Shown here: one piece after another, positions 1 through 9,363 of the stretch
Numbering within the stretch: the first letter of the stretch is position 1
Layout: every line of letters starts with the position of its first letter
Assembly: GCA_028867025.1 (NCBI GenBank)
Contig: JAGWHC010000001.1
Coordinates: 118,972-182,971, forward strand
DNA length: 64,000 nucleotides
Reading direction: 5' to 3'
From: Candidatus Micrarchaeota archaeon
GTDB lineage: Archaea > Micrarchaeota > Micrarchaeia > Micrarchaeales > CABMGC01
The notes under the pieces: generated by a model
Databases searched by the model: none
What the model saw: only the letters and a program-made list of their open reading frames with translations
What the model was told of the DNA's origin: nothing
Position numbers and translations under genes: made by a program

Positions 1-715
1 GGAAGAGGTAATAGATGATGAACATCATCGCGCCGACAGCAGACATTATCCCACCGACAAGGATGAATGCCTCGAGCTGCATATTGAGCAGCTGCGTCCA
101 CGGGTACACGCCAGCTGCTGGAGATATGCTGAATCCCCAGTCATTAGGCATGAAGCTTGCGGTGACTGTGGCTTCGATCTGATACGCGTACAGCTGCGGA
201 AGCAGCGAAAGCGCGCCGTTCATAGTGGTTGTAACACCGGAATTGAGGTAGTTGTTGCAGAGGTTCTGGAAGGTGAGCGGCGTCGAGCTACTCGACGAGG
301 AGATGACAGACGAACCTGTCAGCGCGGCCTGGCTGAGGTTGGCGAGGAAGGAGCTCGCTCCCGCTATCACTCCGAGCCCGCCTATGGTCACAATTATGAG
401 CACTATGTTGAAAACGCTTTCCAGGGCCTCGGTTCGTGAGAAGTTCTTGAGATTCTCAAGGCCGAACGCGCTGCCCAGGGAGAAGGTTATGCCCAGAATC
501 GCGATGACAGCGATGACTATCAGGAAGGATATCAGGGAAAGATCGTAGTAGGGGTTGCTTGTGGCTGTTGTCGTGATCGCTCCGAGCCAGCCCTGGCTGA
601 AGAGGGACCCGCATACCGCCTGGGCCAGGTTGCTGAAGCCGCCGAGCTGCGCGCCGGCGAAGTTTGCAGAAGCTAGCAGAGCGAAAAGGAAAATTGCAAC
701 AAGCGCGCGACTCAT
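1..715 (-). CDS. Polytopic membrane protein with signal peptide, paralog 0 of a tandem family (C-terminal part runs off the window)
   Basis: Absent from the ORF track because it is truncated. Hand translation of the reverse strand from ATG (713-715) gives MSRALVAIFLFALLASANFAGAQ... I checked that the frame has no stop down to position 2. It carries the TM/charged-loop/TM module (NFSRTEALESVFNIVLIIV) shared with the next three genes. Confidence 0.55.
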   Translation of the reverse strand, partial: MSRALVAIFLFALLASANFAGAQLGGFSNLAQAVCGSLFSQGWLGAITTTATSNPYYDLSLISFLIVIAVIAILGITFSLGSAFGLENLKNFSRTEALESVFNIVLIIVTIGGLGVIAGASSFLANLSQAALTGSSVISSSSSSTPLTFQNLCNNYLNSGVTTTMNGALSLLPQLYAYQIEATVTASFMPNDWGFSISPAAGVYPWTQLLNMQLEAFILVGGIMSAVGAMMFIIYYLF

Positions 716-722
716 TTCACCA

Positions 723-2549
723 CTACAGCAGCTTCGACAGACCTATTATGTCGGTGTCGCCGCCCATCAGGCCCGAAAGCCCGACTGCGGCCGAGATAAT
801 TATTATTAGGTTGAGCATCGGCACAAGATATGCGGTTACCGCTATTATGCCGTACAGGTTGGCAATGGCCATCGCTGATGCGATGCCGTTGTACTGATTG
901 CAGTTGAGCGATCCTCCGGGCCCCACCGCAGGGGTCGTCGGGACTGACTGCTGCAGCCCGCCGCCTATCCCAGTAATCAGGCTGTATGCCGGTACTAGAT
1001 ACCAACTGGCGAAGGCTCCCTCGTCGTTGACGACGCTGTCGGGCAGGCACGAGTAGAAGCTCAGCACATCGGCGACTTTCGGAAAGACGTAGAAGTTTAT
1101 GCTTATGGGCTCCGGTTTCACAGAGCCGAACTCCAGAGAGCCGTACAGCTGTTGGCATGATGGCAGTTGCTGCGATGAGCACTGACCTGTGAAGCTTGAA
1201 GGATCGCCGCATGTTGCCTCATAGGCGTAGGGCTCGGTTGCAGGACAGTTGGATCCTGGTATGTAGGCTCCGGGCACGTAGCCCGAGGAGGCGCACGTGC
1301 TGCTTGGAGTGGCTGTGCACACTGGCAGGCCGCCAGGCGTTGTTGAACCGCTGGGCGTGGTTTGAGAGTAGCCGCATACTTCCTCGTAGGCCCAGTCAGT
1401 GGGCGGACAGCTAACTGCATTTTGGTCCTGCGTCGCGGGAACATAGCCGCCGACCTGCGGAGCGCCGTAAACGTAGAGCGAACCTGTCGGCGATTTGCCG
1501 AAGAGCGGAAGTGCAGGTATGCTTGTGGTACCTATCGGTTGCAGCCCGGAACCGATGTTCTGGAAAGCGCTGTACTCGAGAGCTATCATTGAGGGAAACA
1601 CCAGAAGCCACGCCAGCATGAGCGCAATGAGAAGACCGCCGGCCCTGCGCGTGAAGAAGGACGCGCGCAGTATTATTCCCGCAGCGAGCAGCCAGGGCCA
1701 AAGGTAAAGGATCAGTATGGTAACCACGAACTCAAGGAAGAACACGTAGAAAGTAAGCGCTCCCTGCACCTCGGTGGGCTGTGTTATCGTTCCTCTGAGA
1801 GCGTCGAAGCCTGCCATAGGCTGGTAGCTGAACTTTATTCCCTCACCAGCGTCCCCGAACGGGCAGAAAGGCGGGGGCGGCAACCCGGGGCTGCATACCT
1901 GCGTCTCTGCGGTGAACTTGTAGAGGAATCCTATCCAGCCTTCGAATTCATAGAGCGAGTTTAGGTTGTTCACCGCCTGGTTCGTGAGATTCGCCACAAC
2001 TATGTAGCTTGTGAACAGGCCGTAGTCTATGCTGTCCGTAAGGCTTGGGACACCACTCTGGAGCTTTGTGACTTCGCTGCACACCTGATTCGTGGGAGTC
2101 GGCTGCCCGCTCGAGAAAGTCCCGCCGCTGTTGAGCAGGATCACCTGGGAACCGCCGAGCTGGCCGCATATCGTGTTGAGGTTCGTAGGGGTGAGCCCTG
2201 GAACCTGCATGAATATGCCGCTGCCGAAGAAGACGAAGACAGATATTATCGCTATGACCACTATGCCAGTCCCGCTCGCCTGGCCGAGCTCGCCTATGGC
2301 CCTTGACTTGATCCTGCTGTTGTTGAGCAGAACGCCCAGCATGTAGTATGCGGACACCACCGTTATGCTGACCAGCACCGCGAGCATCACTATAGGCAGC
2401 CACTGCTGGAACACGGCATAGGAGGTTATGCATCCTCCGGGCTGCGTCGCACACGGGGACTGCGCCCCCACAGCGGGCGTGGCCATCGCTGCGACGAGCG
2501 CGGCGAGCGCGAACAGAAGCAACTTGTCATTTGCTGTCATCTTGATCAT
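723..2549 (-). CDS. Polytopic membrane protein with signal peptide, paralog 1 (608 aa, Cys/Pro/Ser/Thr-rich extracytoplasmic insert)
   Basis: Signal peptide ...LVAAMATPAVGAQS and many TM helices. Has a Cys-rich insert (CPPTDWAYEEVCGY...CTATPSSTC...). Shares motif LRASFFTRRAGGLLIAL and a Gly-rich C-terminal tail ...GLSKLL with its neighbours. Its start overlaps the upstream stop by 4 nt. Confidence 0.65.
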   Translation of the reverse strand: MIKMTANDKLLLFALAALVAAMATPAVGAQSPCATQPGGCITSYAVFQQWLPIVMLAVLVSITVVSAYYMLGVLLNNSRIKSRAIGELGQASGTGIVVIAIISVFVFFGSGIFMQVPGLTPTNLNTICGQLGGSQVILLNSGGTFSSGQPTPTNQVCSEVTKLQSGVPSLTDSIDYGLFTSYIVVANLTNQAVNNLNSLYEFEGWIGFLYKFTAETQVCSPGLPPPPFCPFGDAGEGIKFSYQPMAGFDALRGTITQPTEVQGALTFYVFFLEFVVTILILYLWPWLLAAGIILRASFFTRRAGGLLIALMLAWLLVFPSMIALEYSAFQNIGSGLQPIGTTSIPALPLFGKSPTGSLYVYGAPQVGGYVPATQDQNAVSCPPTDWAYEEVCGYSQTTPSGSTTPGGLPVCTATPSSTCASSGYVPGAYIPGSNCPATEPYAYEATCGDPSSFTGQCSSQQLPSCQQLYGSLEFGSVKPEPISINFYVFPKVADVLSFYSCLPDSVVNDEGAFASWYLVPAYSLITGIGGGLQQSVPTTPAVGPGGSLNCNQYNGIASAMAIANLYGIIAVTAYLVPMLNLIIIISAAVGLSGLMGGDTDIIGLSKLL

Positions 2550-3751
2550 CCGAGCAACGGTTCAGTTCCGAACAGGCCGGAGAGCGAGTTGAGGCCCTTG
2601 CCTATACCGTTGATGAAGCCCACTGTTATCGCCATGTCCACGGCTATGAGCACTATCCCGAGGTAGAGGTACACAGCAATGCTCTCGCCCTGCTGCGCTG
2701 TCAGCGTGGGAGCGTTCCAGATGTAGCTCAGGATGTTCTGGGCTCCGGGGAACGCGGTTCCGGGATTAAGCCCGTACGCGCCCAGAAGATTGAAGCCCTG
2801 CGAGAGGTATGGGACGTTGTTTAGCACGAGCGACTGGCCCTGACTGGAGAAGAGCGTGCTGGGTGCCTGCGGCAATTGGTACGGAGTGAGCAGTACCTGA
2901 ACGCTTGACGGAAGGGGATAGCTGCACTGCACGTTCAGTGAGGATACGAGGCCGATGTTCATGCAGCTCGCCATGTAGACGTTGAAAGCGATCGTGAGCG
3001 GCAGAACGAAGTAGAAACCTATCGCGAGCGCAAGGAAGAGGTTGGACGTCTCCCTTATCTTCGGCCCTACGAAAGAGAGCGAGCGCATTATCAGAGCCAC
3101 GGGCACAACCACAGTGAGCGCGGCCGCCTGTATCATCGGAAGGATGAGGAAGAGTATGAAAAGCGGAGCAAACGAGACCATGAGCAGCGCTGCATAGACT
3201 CCTGTGACCGCTCCCGAATACGACAGAAGGATGAATTCTATGGCTTCGCCGGGCTCTACGCTTATGAGCCCGAGGAACTGCGACTGGGCGAAGAGCTCAG
3301 ACACGAATCCCTGGAACTGGTCCTCTATGATAAGTATGAGGTTTGACGCCACAACGTAGTTCGTGGAGACGGAGTAGAGATTGCTCGCCTCGCTTACACC
3401 GTTGGTGAACAGCAGGCTGCCCAGATACGCGTTGGAGAGCCTGAACAGGCTTGTATAGTCCTGCTGGCCCGCCACAGGCGAAAGCTGCGCGCCTACGTTG
3501 CACGATAAAGATGCAAGCGTGAAGATGGCGAACACTATTATGATGCTCATGAACGCCTCGAAGAGCTCGTAGCGGGTTATGCCCTTCAGCCTCTCGGCGC
3601 GGTCCGTCGGGAGAAGGTTGCTCACCGCGTAGGCAAGTCCTCCCACTGTCACGCTGAGCAGCACCACAAGCACGTTTATGCCGAGCCAGCCTGAGCTGGT
3701 GCCGAATAGCGTGGGAAAGTCGCAGCCTGCGATCAACAAGAGCGGTTGCAT
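2546..3751 (-). CDS. Polytopic membrane protein, paralog 2 (401 aa)
   Basis: TM1 is followed by TDRAERLKGITRYELFEAFMSIIIVF, then motif MRSLSFVGPKIRETSNLFLAL and a Gly-rich C-terminus GIGKGLNSLSGLFG. Lies 7 nt from the upstream gene and overlaps the downstream gene by 4 nt. Confidence 0.65.
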   Translation of the reverse strand: MQPLLLIAGCDFPTLFGTSSGWLGINVLVVLLSVTVGGLAYAVSNLLPTDRAERLKGITRYELFEAFMSIIIVFAIFTLASLSCNVGAQLSPVAGQQDYTSLFRLSNAYLGSLLFTNGVSEASNLYSVSTNYVVASNLILIIEDQFQGFVSELFAQSQFLGLISVEPGEAIEFILLSYSGAVTGVYAALLMVSFAPLFILFLILPMIQAAALTVVVPVALIMRSLSFVGPKIRETSNLFLALAIGFYFVLPLTIAFNVYMASCMNIGLVSSLNVQCSYPLPSSVQVLLTPYQLPQAPSTLFSSQGQSLVLNNVPYLSQGFNLLGAYGLNPGTAFPGAQNILSYIWNAPTLTAQQGESIAVYLYLGIVLIAVDMAITVGFINGIGKGLNSLSGLFGTEPLLG

Positions 3752-3758
3752 AAGAACA

Positions 3759-4979
3759 CTACACCAGTTTCAGCTTGCCTCCAAGCTGCAGCGTTATCGT
3801 TCCACCGAGCGTCCTCGCTATGCTGTCAGTGAGAGGATAGGCTATGGCTATGTCTGCTATGAAGAGCAGGAACTGGAGTATGACAACGAAAGTGTAGAAG
3901 AGCATGCCGTTCATTATGTTGAATATCGTGTACGGGTCGTAGCCCGTGATACCGTCATTGACTCCCTGATGGTATGCGGAATCGCTGTTTGCGGCGAAGA
4001 GAGTGCCGAAGAGCGTGCAGAGGAACGGGCTGGAGCCGCAGCTCACAGACGCGCTTGAGCTGTAGGTGCCGAAGGAGAACGCATCGGTCACGGGGCCGTT
4101 GAGGAGCGCGAGCGTGGCCGGGTATATGACCGCCATGCCTATGCCTATCGCGACCAGGGTCCCGCCCACGCCCCTGATGAACGGGAAGGAGCGCATGGCT
4201 ATGCCGACCGGGATGAGCACAGCCAGCCCCAGTATGACTATCATTGGCAGCAGAGCCTGCTGCGCTATCAGCAGCATCGATATCGGGAAGAGAAGGAAGG
4301 TGAACATGTCATTGAGCATCGACTCGTAGGAGCCGGTGGTTGGCGTGCTCTCCAGCATTGTGTTCACGTACGGCTGGTTGACGTACCCGAACTCGAGCCA
4401 GACGTCTGGAGGTATGGGTATTGGTATCGGCAGGAAGAATCCCACTTTGATTGAGTTGAGGCCGCCGAGCGAGTACGCCAGGCCTAACATGTAATCGAGA
4501 GCCGCTGGCAAGCCATAGATGGGACCGGTTGATGAACTACTTGAGACCGCCTGGTTGCCGATTACCGTATTCAGGTATCCGCATGCTGAAGAGACGAGCG
4601 ACGATATGCTGCTCTGGTACGACGTCCCTGTGGGCTGGAGCGTGAGGAGCGATGCGACATTGCCCATCAGCGTGAGCACGGCGAAGATGCCTACTATCAG
4701 CATCGCGGTCTTCGCTATCTCCAGGAACTCCTCGCTTATCCAGTTCCTTATTCCGCTCGAGGGTATTATCCTGCCTATGATGTAGCCTATCGCGACAACG
4801 TCTATGGATATGATGAGGCCGAGCAGCGAGAAGCCGATCAGGTTTGTGGGAAGCGTGAGCTGCGATGATGTCAGCGGATTGCTTGCGACGTTCAGACAAG
4901 ATATAGTCGCTTGAGCCCGCGCTTGCGAGGCGAAGATAAGCAAAGCAAGGAGGGTAAGTAGTGCCGCTCCGGATTTCAT
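3759..4979 (-). CDS. Polytopic membrane protein with signal peptide, paralog 3 (406 aa)
   Basis: Signal peptide MKSGAALLTLLALLIFASQARAQ. Has SGIRNWISEEFLEIAKTAMLIVGIF, motif AMRSFPFIRGVGGTLVAI and C-terminal tail TLGGTITLQLGGKLKLV. Confidence 0.65.
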   Translation of the reverse strand: MKSGAALLTLLALLIFASQARAQATISCLNVASNPLTSSQLTLPTNLIGFSLLGLIISIDVVAIGYIIGRIIPSSGIRNWISEEFLEIAKTAMLIVGIFAVLTLMGNVASLLTLQPTGTSYQSSISSLVSSACGYLNTVIGNQAVSSSSSTGPIYGLPAALDYMLGLAYSLGGLNSIKVGFFLPIPIPIPPDVWLEFGYVNQPYVNTMLESTPTTGSYESMLNDMFTFLLFPISMLLIAQQALLPMIVILGLAVLIPVGIAMRSFPFIRGVGGTLVAIGIGMAVIYPATLALLNGPVTDAFSFGTYSSSASVSCGSSPFLCTLFGTLFAANSDSAYHQGVNDGITGYDPYTIFNIMNGMLFYTFVVILQFLLFIADIAIAYPLTDSIARTLGGTITLQLGGKLKLV

Positions 4980-5028
4980 GTGCCTCGGTTATAATTGCAA
5001 TACTATATATAAATACAGCGACAGCGTT

Positions 5029-5760
5029 TCAGTGCCTGAGCATCGCGAATCTCTTCATGTACGCCTCGGCCTGGAAGATCACAAAGTAGGGGAGTATGAA
5101 TACGGAGTTGATGATAAGCATCAGGTAGCTGGAGATGAGTGTGCCTGTGGCGTGTATGAGGACGAAGTCCACCACGCCCACTACCAGCACGAGAATCGCT
5201 ACCCACATAAGGAAGTACTGCGGCTTGCTGGCGACCAGGTCCAGGCTGCGGTTGAGCGCCGAGCCCACGCCCTTGTTGTCTATCACTATGGCGGTCGGGG
5301 CGTAGAATATGGCCATGAAGAGGAAGAAGCCCACTATTGGAGTTAGAAACTCCTGCAATCCGAGGAAGTAGCCGAGTATGTTCACGAGGGTGAGTATGAA
5401 CGCGTAGGCCAGCAGTACCACGAAGACCCTGCCGGTGTACTTCTCTATCTCGCGGAGGACGCTAGCCGGCTGCCTGGTAAAGGTCCTCTCTGCCTTGACT
5501 ATCAGGCTTATCGCCACGAAGGCGAAGCTGAGGAAGAGGAGCGAGATGAACGCGGACATTATGATGACGGCAAGGCCCACAGGGTTCAGGTTGAGGAAGA
5601 TGCTTGCGCTCCTGAGGAATATGCCACCGCTCGAGATGTATGTGGGGAGCGGCGCAAGGAGAGGGATGACGAATGCTACTATGAAAGGTATTGAGAAAAG
5701 GAGCACGAGCCTTATGTTCTTCGCATAGGTCTCCCAGGAATCCTCGATAAGTGACGGCAT
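5029..5760 (-). CDS. Integral membrane protein (243 aa), first gene of the minus-strand membrane-protein operon
   Basis: Long ORF with about 6 hydrophobic helices. Same strand as paralog 3 and 49 nt upstream of it. No family recognised. Confidence 0.55.
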   Translation of the reverse strand: MPSLIEDSWETYAKNIRLVLLFSIPFIVAFVIPLLAPLPTYISSGGIFLRSASIFLNLNPVGLAVIIMSAFISLLFLSFAFVAISLIVKAERTFTRQPASVLREIEKYTGRVFVVLLAYAFILTLVNILGYFLGLQEFLTPIVGFFLFMAIFYAPTAIVIDNKGVGSALNRSLDLVASKPQYFLMWVAILVLVVGVVDFVLIHATGTLISSYLMLIINSVFILPYFVIFQAEAYMKRFAMLRH

Positions 5761-5845
5761 CTACTCGCCTATCTATTGGCAATATGGTTAAATATGTTTT
5801 TCTTTGGTTGGCTTATAGGCACGTGGGTTTGAGCTGACTGGGACA

Positions 5846-7405
5846 ATGGAAAGGGAAAAGGTAGTTTTGGCGGCGATGTTTCTTATTGTGCTGGCGAGCT
5901 TCGCTTTCTGGTCAAATTTTGTGATCGTTAAGTACACCATGTTCAGGTACTCGTATTCCGATTTCGGGTTCTACGCATACAATTTCTACTACACGCTTCA
6001 CTACCCGAGCACCTTCCAGGGGCTACAGTACCTGGTGATAGGCAACCACATAGCAGTTGACCAGCTGCTGGTCCTGCCGCTCTTCTACCTGTACCAGAGC
6101 CCGCTGACCCTCCTTCTGCTCCAGGTGCTGGTCATATCGCTCACCGGCATGATTGTCTTTTTCATCGCGAAGGAGCTGCTGAAAAATGACTTTATCGCGC
6201 TTGCACTTGGCACCGCGTTCGTGCTGAACCCGGGGGTGCAGGGGATGATAGTCTTCGACTACCATCCGGAGTTCCTGATAATCCCTTTCTACCTGCTGAC
6301 CTTCTATTTCTACTTCAAAAGGGAAAGGGCGCTTTTCTTCGCCTCGCTTCTCCTGCTGCTCGGAACCCTGGACAGCGTTGTTTTCATTGTTCTTGCGCTG
6401 GGTTTTGGCCTCATCTACTACGAGTTCTTCCATGAAAAGGACAGCAAGACCAGGGCAGCACGGCTTAGGCTCGCCGCCTACATAGTGGTTTTCTCGCTAA
6501 TCTCGCTTCTGCTCTACATAGAAGTCGCAAACCAGTTGATTGCGAGCTACTCGCAGGGGAACGCCGCCTTCCCTCACGTGTTCAGGGCGTTTCAGTTCGA
6601 CCTGCCTGTTGTGGCGAAGCTCGCTACGGGCATCGGAGTTCAGTACAACTACTCGGCCATAAACTCGACATGGCTCACATTCTACCATACTAATATCTTC
6701 CAGGCTCCTGCGTTTCTCTTCGTTGCCATAGTGGTTGCGATACTGGTTTTCGGCGTAGCGGCGATAAACGATCCGCTGCTGGCGATAATCTTGGATTCGC
6801 CGTGGCTCTTGGCACTTATAGGCTTCGGGTACGTAGTGTACGGCAGCATCGACTTCCAGTACTTCAGCTACGTCATAGGCGGCACAGTAGTTTCCACTCT
6901 GCTGGGAACGCTGCTCATATACCGTAACAGGGGCGTATGGCATTTCATCTCAAGAGCATACGCGCACGCCAAAGAGCAGAGGGTGCTCATAATCTGCGCT
7001 TCAATCCTCATACCCACACTCTACGCCTTCATGGTCGGCATGTTCGTGCACGCGCAGGGAACCAATGCGCCCTTCCTGCTGTTCAACAACAGCGAGTACA
7101 ACGCGAGCTGCTATGCGCAGCTCAATTTCGTAATCAGCAGGTTACCATCGAATTCTTCTCTCATGACAGAGTCCTCAATCTTCCCGCACGTGGCTGACAG
7201 GCGGAACGTTGAGGCAATGACGTGGATCAACGGAAGCGTATACTTCACGCCCGAATACATACTCGTAGACTTCAACAACTGCATAAACGTCACCGAGCTT
7301 GACCTGCGTAATGAGTCCTCGATCCTTGCCAGCTACATGAGCAGGTTCAACTATAGCGTGTACCTTACTAACGGCACTGTCAGACTGTACAGGCTGAGGG
7401 GCTAG
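5846..7405 (+). CDS. DUF2079-like / GT-C-fold membrane protein (putative glycosyltransferase)
   Basis: At least 10 TM helices. The N-terminal pattern YSDFGFYAYN...GNHIAVDQLLVLPLFYLYQSPLTLLLLQVLVISL resembles the DUF2079 signature. The C-terminal soluble part is rich in N-x-S/T sequons. Confidence 0.5.
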   Translation: MEREKVVLAAMFLIVLASFAFWSNFVIVKYTMFRYSYSDFGFYAYNFYYTLHYPSTFQGLQYLVIGNHIAVDQLLVLPLFYLYQSPLTLLLLQVLVISLTGMIVFFIAKELLKNDFIALALGTAFVLNPGVQGMIVFDYHPEFLIIPFYLLTFYFYFKRERALFFASLLLLLGTLDSVVFIVLALGFGLIYYEFFHEKDSKTRAARLRLAAYIVVFSLISLLLYIEVANQLIASYSQGNAAFPHVFRAFQFDLPVVAKLATGIGVQYNYSAINSTWLTFYHTNIFQAPAFLFVAIVVAILVFGVAAINDPLLAIILDSPWLLALIGFGYVVYGSIDFQYFSYVIGGTVVSTLLGTLLIYRNRGVWHFISRAYAHAKEQRVLIICASILIPTLYAFMVGMFVHAQGTNAPFLLFNNSEYNASCYAQLNFVISRLPSNSSLMTESSIFPHVADRRNVEAMTWINGSVYFTPEYILVDFNNCINVTELDLRNESSILASYMSRFNYSVYLTNGTVRLYRLRG

Positions 7406-9333
7406 CACCGCAGGTCTGGAAAGGTCTTGCATGCGCTGGCGTTGTACACCGATGGGCTGATGAAGTAGTATTCGCCGTTATAGAAAAGCGCGACTACATA
7501 ATTGACAGGGGTGGCATTTGTCCAAGGAATTCTCGCTTTAAGTTCGTACTCGCTTTCGTTAGATGGCAGTACTATCTTGTTCCTGTTCAGCAGGCACTCG
7601 TAAGCGCCGCACGAAGGAGGAGACGCATTGATCAGCGTTTGGTTATAAAGCCCGGGAACTGTGAGCTTTTTGTCCCCGTAGGCTATCGCGTAAAGGTATA
7701 TGGTATAGTTTGACAGAGTGCCATATCGCAGGTCCGCCCTGTATATGGAGGCGTTGCTTGCAGGCTCCAGGACCAGGCTCTCGTTCGATGAGCTTATGCT
7801 GAAGTTCCTGACATATGCGAGATGAGACTCGTAAATCAGGTATAGGGAGAGCATGAACACTATCAAAAGAATCGCATAGAAAACGGGCTTTGCGCTGTTT
7901 CCCAGCGTCTTTCTGAACCAACCCTCGCTATCCTTGTGCTTCGGGGCAACCGCGAGAAAGAAAAGGATGAAAACGAAGAAGACATAGTACTCCGGCAGGG
8001 CATGGTCCCAGACCATAAAAGGAAGGATGCTGAGCAGGGGGACAAGCATCTTCCTGTTGAAATAAAGAAGCACAACCACGGCCGCAACGATGGCTATGTC
8101 GAAGAGAGTGTAGTAGGTCGAAAGCTGAAGCGGATAGCTTTGAAGCATGACGAAGCCTACGGGAGCTGCTCCATTTGGAAGGTAGAGCTGTCGGATGGGC
8201 AGTATTACCGCTTGGATGAAAGCAGAAGGTGCTGTTGCCAGGAAGTAAGAGTTTATTGCCAGGAAGACCGCGAAAGCGCCGACGGCGTTTTTCAGCCCCT
8301 TCCTGAAGCCCATGTTGTTTAACGAGTAAAGGATGAGGAGCAGAACCGGCACCCACAGCTCCTCCTGCAGGGCCGCACACATGCCAAGGAGCAACCAGCC
8401 GTACTTGCTTTCGAGTTTCATGTATGCGAGTATGAATAGGGCAAGCATCAGGAAAGTTGTGATCGAGACTATGTCTATGCTTGATATGACCAAGAACACC
8501 AGTAGCGCAAGTCTTGGCTTAAGAAGGTCGCGGCGATCAAGGGAAAAGGCTATTACCACTATAAGCACAAACAAGAAAACTGTTGCCTGCCACAGCAGGT
8601 CTACGCTGCCCAGATTGCTTACTGTTGGGGGCGATAAGAAGTAGAATGGAAAGAAGACAAGGAAGAAAAGCGCCGGGTAGTCTATCACGCCGACTATCTT
8701 GTTGTACGTAGTCACCGAAGGTCCGATAGTGGTCGCGTTGTTGAATATCTGCTGCGCTACGTCAACGGTGTAGGGATTTACTCCGTGGAGCGTGAGGTTA
8801 ACGCTCGAGAAGGCAAGGAACTCCTCATCGTTCGTGTTGTAGCCGTGAAAGAGCACGTGCGATGGAAAGTAAATCACCAGAAACAGGAACGCGACCACGA
8901 AAAGCGGAGCCGCGACTTTTAGACTGGTCCTTCCAGATCTGACCAGCTCCGCACCCATGAAGATGAAGAAGAACACTGGTATGAAAAGAACAAGGAACTC
9001 GAGCACTATTATCAGGAAAAGCAGCTCACGGCCGAATATGCCGGGTACAGCGGGCAGGTTGCTTGATATTTCGGCTGCAAGAGAGAGCAGGGCGAGCGCA
9101 AACATGACGTGCATCACGCTTGGTATCTTCTTTGTGCCCTTTTTGTATATGGCTTCTGGTTTAGTTATGTAAAGGAAGAAGTAAGCAAAGAAGAAAATTG
9201 CAAGAAGCATCGAAAAGAGCGCCGCGGTGCTTGTGAAGAATGAGAAGACGTAGTTGGCGTCAACAGCCACTATGAGCATGAGGGCCAGGATGAATAGCTC
9301 CGCATACGCTATTGCTTCCTGGCTTACTCTCAT
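7402..9333 (-). CDS. Large GT-C-like polytopic membrane protein (643 aa) with sequon-rich C-terminal domain
   Basis: More than 12 TM helices. The loop HGVNPYT...IDYPALFFLVFFPFY is reminiscent of DUF2029/GT87-type glycosyltransferases. The C-terminal roughly 130 aa are extracytoplasmic with many N-x-S/T sites and Cys. Converges on the previous gene with a 4-nt overlap. Confidence 0.45.
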   Translation of the reverse strand: MRVSQEAIAYAELFILALMLIVAVDANYVFSFFTSTAALFSMLLAIFFFAYFFLYITKPEAIYKKGTKKIPSVMHVMFALALLSLAAEISSNLPAVPGIFGRELLFLIIVLEFLVLFIPVFFFIFMGAELVRSGRTSLKVAAPLFVVAFLFLVIYFPSHVLFHGYNTNDEEFLAFSSVNLTLHGVNPYTVDVAQQIFNNATTIGPSVTTYNKIVGVIDYPALFFLVFFPFYFLSPPTVSNLGSVDLLWQATVFLFVLIVVIAFSLDRRDLLKPRLALLVFLVISSIDIVSITTFLMLALFILAYMKLESKYGWLLLGMCAALQEELWVPVLLLILYSLNNMGFRKGLKNAVGAFAVFLAINSYFLATAPSAFIQAVILPIRQLYLPNGAAPVGFVMLQSYPLQLSTYYTLFDIAIVAAVVVLLYFNRKMLVPLLSILPFMVWDHALPEYYVFFVFILFFLAVAPKHKDSEGWFRKTLGNSAKPVFYAILLIVFMLSLYLIYESHLAYVRNFSISSSNESLVLEPASNASIYRADLRYGTLSNYTIYLYAIAYGDKKLTVPGLYNQTLINASPPSCGAYECLLNRNKIVLPSNESEYELKARIPWTNATPVNYVVALFYNGEYYFISPSVYNASACKTFPDLRC

Positions 9334-9363
9334 GCTAGCTGCTCTCAGCCAATCTATTTAACT

